NCBI GenBank assembly: GCA_036339875.1 | Contig: JAYZAC010000076.1 | Span: forward strand, 1 to 10,852 | Length of the DNA stretch: 10,852 nucleotides | Origin: a bacterium | GTDB lineage: Bacteria; Muiribacteriota; UBA6191 | Direction: 5' to 3' | In this document: one piece after another, positions 7,438 through 10,852 of the stretch | How the letters are laid out: every line of letters starts with the position of its first letter | Numbering within the stretch: position 1 is the stretch's first letter | Notes under the pieces: model-generated | The model's input: the letters and a program-made list of their open reading frames with translations, nothing else | Told to the model about the DNA's origin: nothing | Databases searched by the model: none | Translations under genes and position numbers: made by a program

Positions 7438-9135
7438 ATGACTCTTGTTAAGGAATCAGAAACATTAAATTTGAAGTCACTTTTTCAAAAATATTGGGAT
7501 CGTCAAATGTTGGTAAGTCCCTCTTATGCAACTTTTTGTGGCATTAACGATTACAACGATAGATTAGAAGATTTAAGTGTGGAATCTGGGAAGCAGCATT
7601 TGAGTTGGTTGATTGATTTGCGCGATCAAATGCTATCAATTCCTGACGATCAAGTAGATGCCGACGATCTCATAAGTAGAAGAATTCTTGTAAATAATAT
7701 TGATTCGTCGGAACGTTTCGATCGATTTCCTACGCATTATTTGGCAATTAATCAAATGACCGGATTGCATTTGTCATTCTATCAGATAGCTAAAGTTCAC
7801 CCATTCAGAACACCTAAAGATCTTCAGGATTTTCTATCAAGAACGATAGCTCATGCCCTACAGTTAAATAAAATTATAAAGCATTTAAGTGACGGAATGA
7901 ATGAAGGTTGGTTATTGCCGAAAAGAGTAGTCGATTTAGTGATTCTGCAATTAGAGGGTTTTAATAACAAAAAAGTTATCATTGATCGTATTCACCAATT
8001 TATTTTAAATCAGAATAAAAATATCATTGAAGAAAATAAAGTCCTGTGGGAAGAGATTATCAATGCAATTGAGGAGAGACTTCTTCCAGCTTACCGAGAT
8101 TTAATTGAATTTTTATCAATAAGATATTCTGAGCTCGCTCGCGAATCAGTAGGTCTATGCGATTTACCAAATGGTTTAGAGCTCTATGAAGAATATGTCC
8201 GCAGTAATACGACTTTGGATGATTTGAGTGCGTCTGAAATTCATGAACTTGGATTACAAGAAATAGATAGAATTCATTCTGAGATGCGTAAGATACAACT
8301 TCAGTTGGGTATAGAGGGTGACTTAAGTGAGCTGTTTGAAAGTTTTAGAAACAACTCTGAATTGCACTATAATTCCCGTGAGGAGATTGTTGAACATCAT
8401 CGATCTCTACTTGCTGAAATGGATAAAAAGTTACCGGAATTCTTCGATTCGCTACCCGAAAATCCCTATGAGGTTCACGCTTTACCTAGCTATCAAGAAA
8501 AAGAGTCTCCAGATGCTTTTTATATGCCGGGTAATCGACTGAGTGGAAGACCTGGAATCTATTACGTGAATACTTATGAACCTGATACTCGCGGAAAACA
8601 TAATGCTGAAGTACTTGCTTATCATGAAGCAGTACCGGGTCATCATCTTCAAATCTCTTTAGCTCAGGAACTTGAGAATTTACCATCTTTTCGGAAACAT
8701 AGTAGTGAGACCGCGTATGTTGAGGGATGGGCTTTGTACACTGAGAAGTTGTGTGAGGAAATGGGTTTTTATAGTCAAATTGAATCTAAATTTGGTCGCC
8801 TATCTTTCGAAGTTTGGAGAGCTTGCAGACTCGTTGTAGATACAGGTTTACATGCATTTGGATGGAGTAGGCAGAAGGCCATTGAATTCATGCAAAAAAA
8901 TACTGGACTGAGTCGGTCAAATATCGAAGTGGAGGTAGATCGGTATATAGTCATGCCAGGTCAGGCTCTATCTTATAAAATTGGGGAACGTTATTTGATG
9001 GACTTGAGAAATATGGTTCGAGAAAACAAGGGTTCAGAATTTGAGATTAAGGAGTTCCACAAGGTGTTATTAGAAAATGGAGCGTTACCTTTGCCCATAT
9101 TGGGAGAGATCGTTAGAAATTACTACAAGCTATAA
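7438..9135 (+). CDS. DUF885 family protein (putative metallopeptidase)
   Basis: Motifs EIHELGLQEIDRIHSEM, RPGIYYVN, LAYHEAVPGHHLQ (H396), TAYVEGWALYTE (E429), WRACRLVVDTGLHAFGWSR, EVDRYIVMPGQALSYKIG and FHKVLLENGALPL; RBS AGGAG. Confidence 0.93.
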   Translation: MTLVKESETLNLKSLFQKYWDRQMLVSPSYATFCGINDYNDRLEDLSVESGKQHLSWLIDLRDQMLSIPDDQVDADDLISRRILVNNIDSSERFDRFPTHYLAINQMTGLHLSFYQIAKVHPFRTPKDLQDFLSRTIAHALQLNKIIKHLSDGMNEGWLLPKRVVDLVILQLEGFNNKKVIIDRIHQFILNQNKNIIEENKVLWEEIINAIEERLLPAYRDLIEFLSIRYSELARESVGLCDLPNGLELYEEYVRSNTTLDDLSASEIHELGLQEIDRIHSEMRKIQLQLGIEGDLSELFESFRNNSELHYNSREEIVEHHRSLLAEMDKKLPEFFDSLPENPYEVHALPSYQEKESPDAFYMPGNRLSGRPGIYYVNTYEPDTRGKHNAEVLAYHEAVPGHHLQISLAQELENLPSFRKHSSETAYVEGWALYTEKLCEEMGFYSQIESKFGRLSFEVWRACRLVVDTGLHAFGWSRQKAIEFMQKNTGLSRSNIEVEVDRYIVMPGQALSYKIGERYLMDLRNMVRENKGSEFEIKEFHKVLLENGALPLPILGEIVRNYYKL

Positions 9136-10125
9136 CTAATTCTCAGTTTGCTCATAAGCTGATTTCTTGTTTTTACGCCATGGTAGGTTTTCTTTCCATG
9201 ATCTTACGATCTCTCGGACTTTCTGTCGGTATACCCCCATCTTGTGCTGTAGACCGAAAAACCATGAATCTCCGAACCAGCGAAACCTTGGTTCCACTTC
9301 TTCCTTGATATCATAGAGCTTCCGAAAGTCCTCATTTAAAGCTTTTGAGGCCTTTGATCTGATGTTTTTCCAGAGTCGATTGGTTGCTTCTACATTCTTT
9401 TTACTTATAGCTTTTAGGGGTGGATCGGCTTGGTAATCGTAGCCAGATCTGAAGAGATCCAGTTTAGAGCCAAAATGATGATATCGTGTGACCAAGGGAG
9501 GTGGAAGACTTGGTACAAGATCAAGCTTATACACCAGTCGAAGAAGCGGTAAGTGTTTAAATCTCTCGGCGCCTTCTGCATCAGTTATTTTTGGCTGTCC
9601 CATAGTAACAATCCATTGGATATCGAAACCTTCTTTTTCTAAGTACATAGCCAAAATGATAGCCATGCTACCACCCAAAGAATGACCGCTTAGGATAACT
9701 TTACGGTTAGGGTCCAGAAGTTCTTTGATGGTAGGGAGAATTTCCTTAACTGCCTTGTTAAAACCTCGATGTAACTTAATCCCAATTTCGGGTTCTTCCT
9801 TGAGAAAGTATTGCGAATCAATCCATGCATTTAATAAATTGTTAGTTCCTCGAATACATAGAATTTGTTCATCTGCAAAATAGTCTTTAAGGATCATCCA
9901 TCGTACTCGGTATTTAATGGATTCGGCGACTATCGTTCCGGGGTATTCTTCACGTAATTTCTCCAAATCTTTGTAGATGAGGTAATTCATGTGCTGAATA
10001 TGATAAAGACGCTGAAAATAATCCAGCCCAGGTTTTTCAGGAAGTGGGTCAAATGCAACTACCGACCCCGCCAAACCTAAGCTAAGGAAAAGCAGAATTT
10101 TTACTCCGAACTTCATCATGAACAT
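9136..10125 (-). CDS. Secreted class 3 lipase (alpha/beta hydrolase)
   Basis: IRGT oxyanion motif, LHRGF, nucleophile elbow SGHSLGG (GHSLGG at 9687-9670), TMGQPK, DLVPSLPP (catalytic Asp) and QHKMGVY (likely catalytic His). Signal peptide MKFGVKILLFLSLGLAGSVVA|FD. The real start is probably one of the ATGs at 10125, 10119 or 10116 rather than the TTG at 10155. Confidence 0.9.
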   Translation of the reverse strand: MFMMKFGVKILLFLSLGLAGSVVAFDPLPEKPGLDYFQRLYHIQHMNYLIYKDLEKLREEYPGTIVAESIKYRVRWMILKDYFADEQILCIRGTNNLLNAWIDSQYFLKEEPEIGIKLHRGFNKAVKEILPTIKELLDPNRKVILSGHSLGGSMAIILAMYLEKEGFDIQWIVTMGQPKITDAEGAERFKHLPLLRLVYKLDLVPSLPPPLVTRYHHFGSKLDLFRSGYDYQADPPLKAISKKNVEATNRLWKNIRSKASKALNEDFRKLYDIKEEVEPRFRWFGDSWFFGLQHKMGVYRQKVREIVRSWKENLPWRKNKKSAYEQTEN

Positions 10126-10255
10126 ATATTGTAATACGGAAGGTAAAAGTGACAAGTTGCTAAAATTTTAACTGTTAATTTAATTAATTGCGAAGTCATA
10201 CAAAAATTGAGTATTTTTGAACTATTTGTAAAACTTTCGGCACACTGCTTCTATC

Positions 10256-10284
10256 TTGTCATCTTTTATACCTTATGCTAGCAT
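10256..10284 (+). promoter_or_regulatory. Sigma70-type promoter for tRNA-Pro
   Basis: TTGTCA (10256-10261), 17-nt spacer, TAGCAT (10279-10284) preceded by TGn (extended -10) and followed by a GC-rich discriminator-like CCACGCTC, about 20 nt before the tRNA. Confidence 0.65.
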
Positions 10285-10303
10285 CCACGCTCTGTTGAGA
10301 CAT

Positions 10304-10377
10304 CGGGTTGTGGCGCAGTTTGGTAGCGCACTCGTCTGGGGGGCGAGGGGCCGCTGGTTCAAATCCAGTCAACCCGA
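10304..10377 (+). tRNA. tRNA-Pro (GGG)
   Basis: Cloverleaf: acceptor CGGGTTG/CAACCCG, D-arm GCGC-AGTTTGGTA-GCGC, anticodon stem CTCGT/GCGAG with loop CTGGGGG (GGG at 10338-10340), T-arm GCTGG-TTCAAAT-CCAGT, discriminator A10377. CCA is not encoded. Confidence 0.97.
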
Positions 10378-10390
10378 CTTTATCTAAAGC

Positions 10391-10440
10391 CCTGAGACCC
10401 TTTATTCAAGGGGTTTCAGGCAATTTTCACTTTTTATTTT
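10391..10440 (+). terminator. Hairpin downstream of tRNA-Pro, probable terminator
   Basis: 13-bp stem CCTGAGACCCTTT (10391-10403) / AAGGGGTTTCAGG (10408-10420) with two G-U pairs and loop ATTC, followed by T-rich CAATTTTCACTTTTTATTTT. Confidence 0.65.
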
Positions 10441-10788
10441 CTCAACTATGTTCCAAATCTATGACACTAATAATTTTAACAGATAATTTTCAGGTTTAGT
10501 TTTGTTATTTTTATAACGCTGATAGATGAGCCTTGAAATCGCTTATCTGAGCTCACCAGTTTCATAGAAACCAACCTACTTGGTAAGTTTTATATGCTGT
10601 GCAAAAGAGGACTCTGTTTTTCTACCTTCAACCCATTATAAATTAACCCACGTTCTATTATTTTGATCCTTAGGGTAGGAAATTCTTAATCTACCTCTAA
10701 TTTGTGTACTAAGTAATACCTCTATAAACTTGTAAAACCTCACCTATCTATCTGAAACTATATTCACCATAATCTTTATAAGGATTGA

Positions 10789-10852
10789 ATGATGAAGAAA
10801 CTACTTGCAGTACTTTTGATTTTATTAATGACTATGCCTGTTTTTTCAGTAG
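10789..10852 (+). CDS. Partial CDS (5' end) of a secreted protein, continues beyond right edge
   Basis: AAGGA RBS at 10780-10784, then ATG ATG AAG AAA giving MMKKLLAVLLILLMTMPVFSV..., a classic Sec signal peptide open to the window end. The start could be 10789 or 10792. Confidence 0.75.
   Translation, partial: MMKKLLAVLLILLMTMPVFSV

Noticed and set aside
985..9685. Short nested ORFs (985-1239, 1810-2031, 1845-2081, 2062-2418, 2669-2863, 2897-3118, 5234-5479, 6787-6972, 8327-8542, 8486-8686, 9488-9685)
   Set aside because: All lie antisense or out of frame within well-supported long CDSs and show no recognisable motifs; they are treated as shadow ORFs.
10126..10155. TTG start at 10155 for the lipase
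   Set aside because: It adds a non-signal extension in front of a clean signal peptide; the downstream ATGs fit better.
10377..10380. tRNA lacking encoded CCA and carrying G-U pairs, as a possible pseudo-tRNA
   Set aside because: CCA is added post-transcriptionally in many bacteria; the cloverleaf, conserved loops and promoter are intact.
10308..10499. 63-aa ORF in the ORF track
   Set aside because: It overlaps the tRNA-Pro gene and its hairpin, so it is a spurious translation of tRNA sequence.
1..10852. CRISPR array, IS element, prophage or integron cassette array
   Set aside because: No regularly spaced repeats, transposase, integrase, phage genes or recurring attC-like sites were seen.

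Overview
AT-rich bacterial chromosomal window. In order: the 5' end of a signal-peptide gene running off the left edge (- strand, not in the ORF track); a divergent, apparently monocistronic secreted 276-aa protein with its own sigma70-like promoter, RBS and terminator, whose C-terminal half has a beta-pore-forming-toxin-like pattern; a tightly coupled three-gene unit of two paralogous GT2 glycosyltransferases with helical/TPR-like tails plus an 835-aa protein with a central TerB-like domain and a C-terminal TPR; yaaA; a DUF885 metallopeptidase-like gene; a convergent secreted class 3 lipase; tRNA-Pro(GGG) with promoter and downstream hairpin; and the start of another signal-peptide gene at the right edge. 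No transposase, integrase or CRISPR array is visible. The best candidates for something undescribed are the GT2-GT2-TerB/TPR unit (possible protein-glycosylation module) and the orphan secreted beta-rich protein upstream of it. All family calls come from motif recognition by eye, not from database searches.
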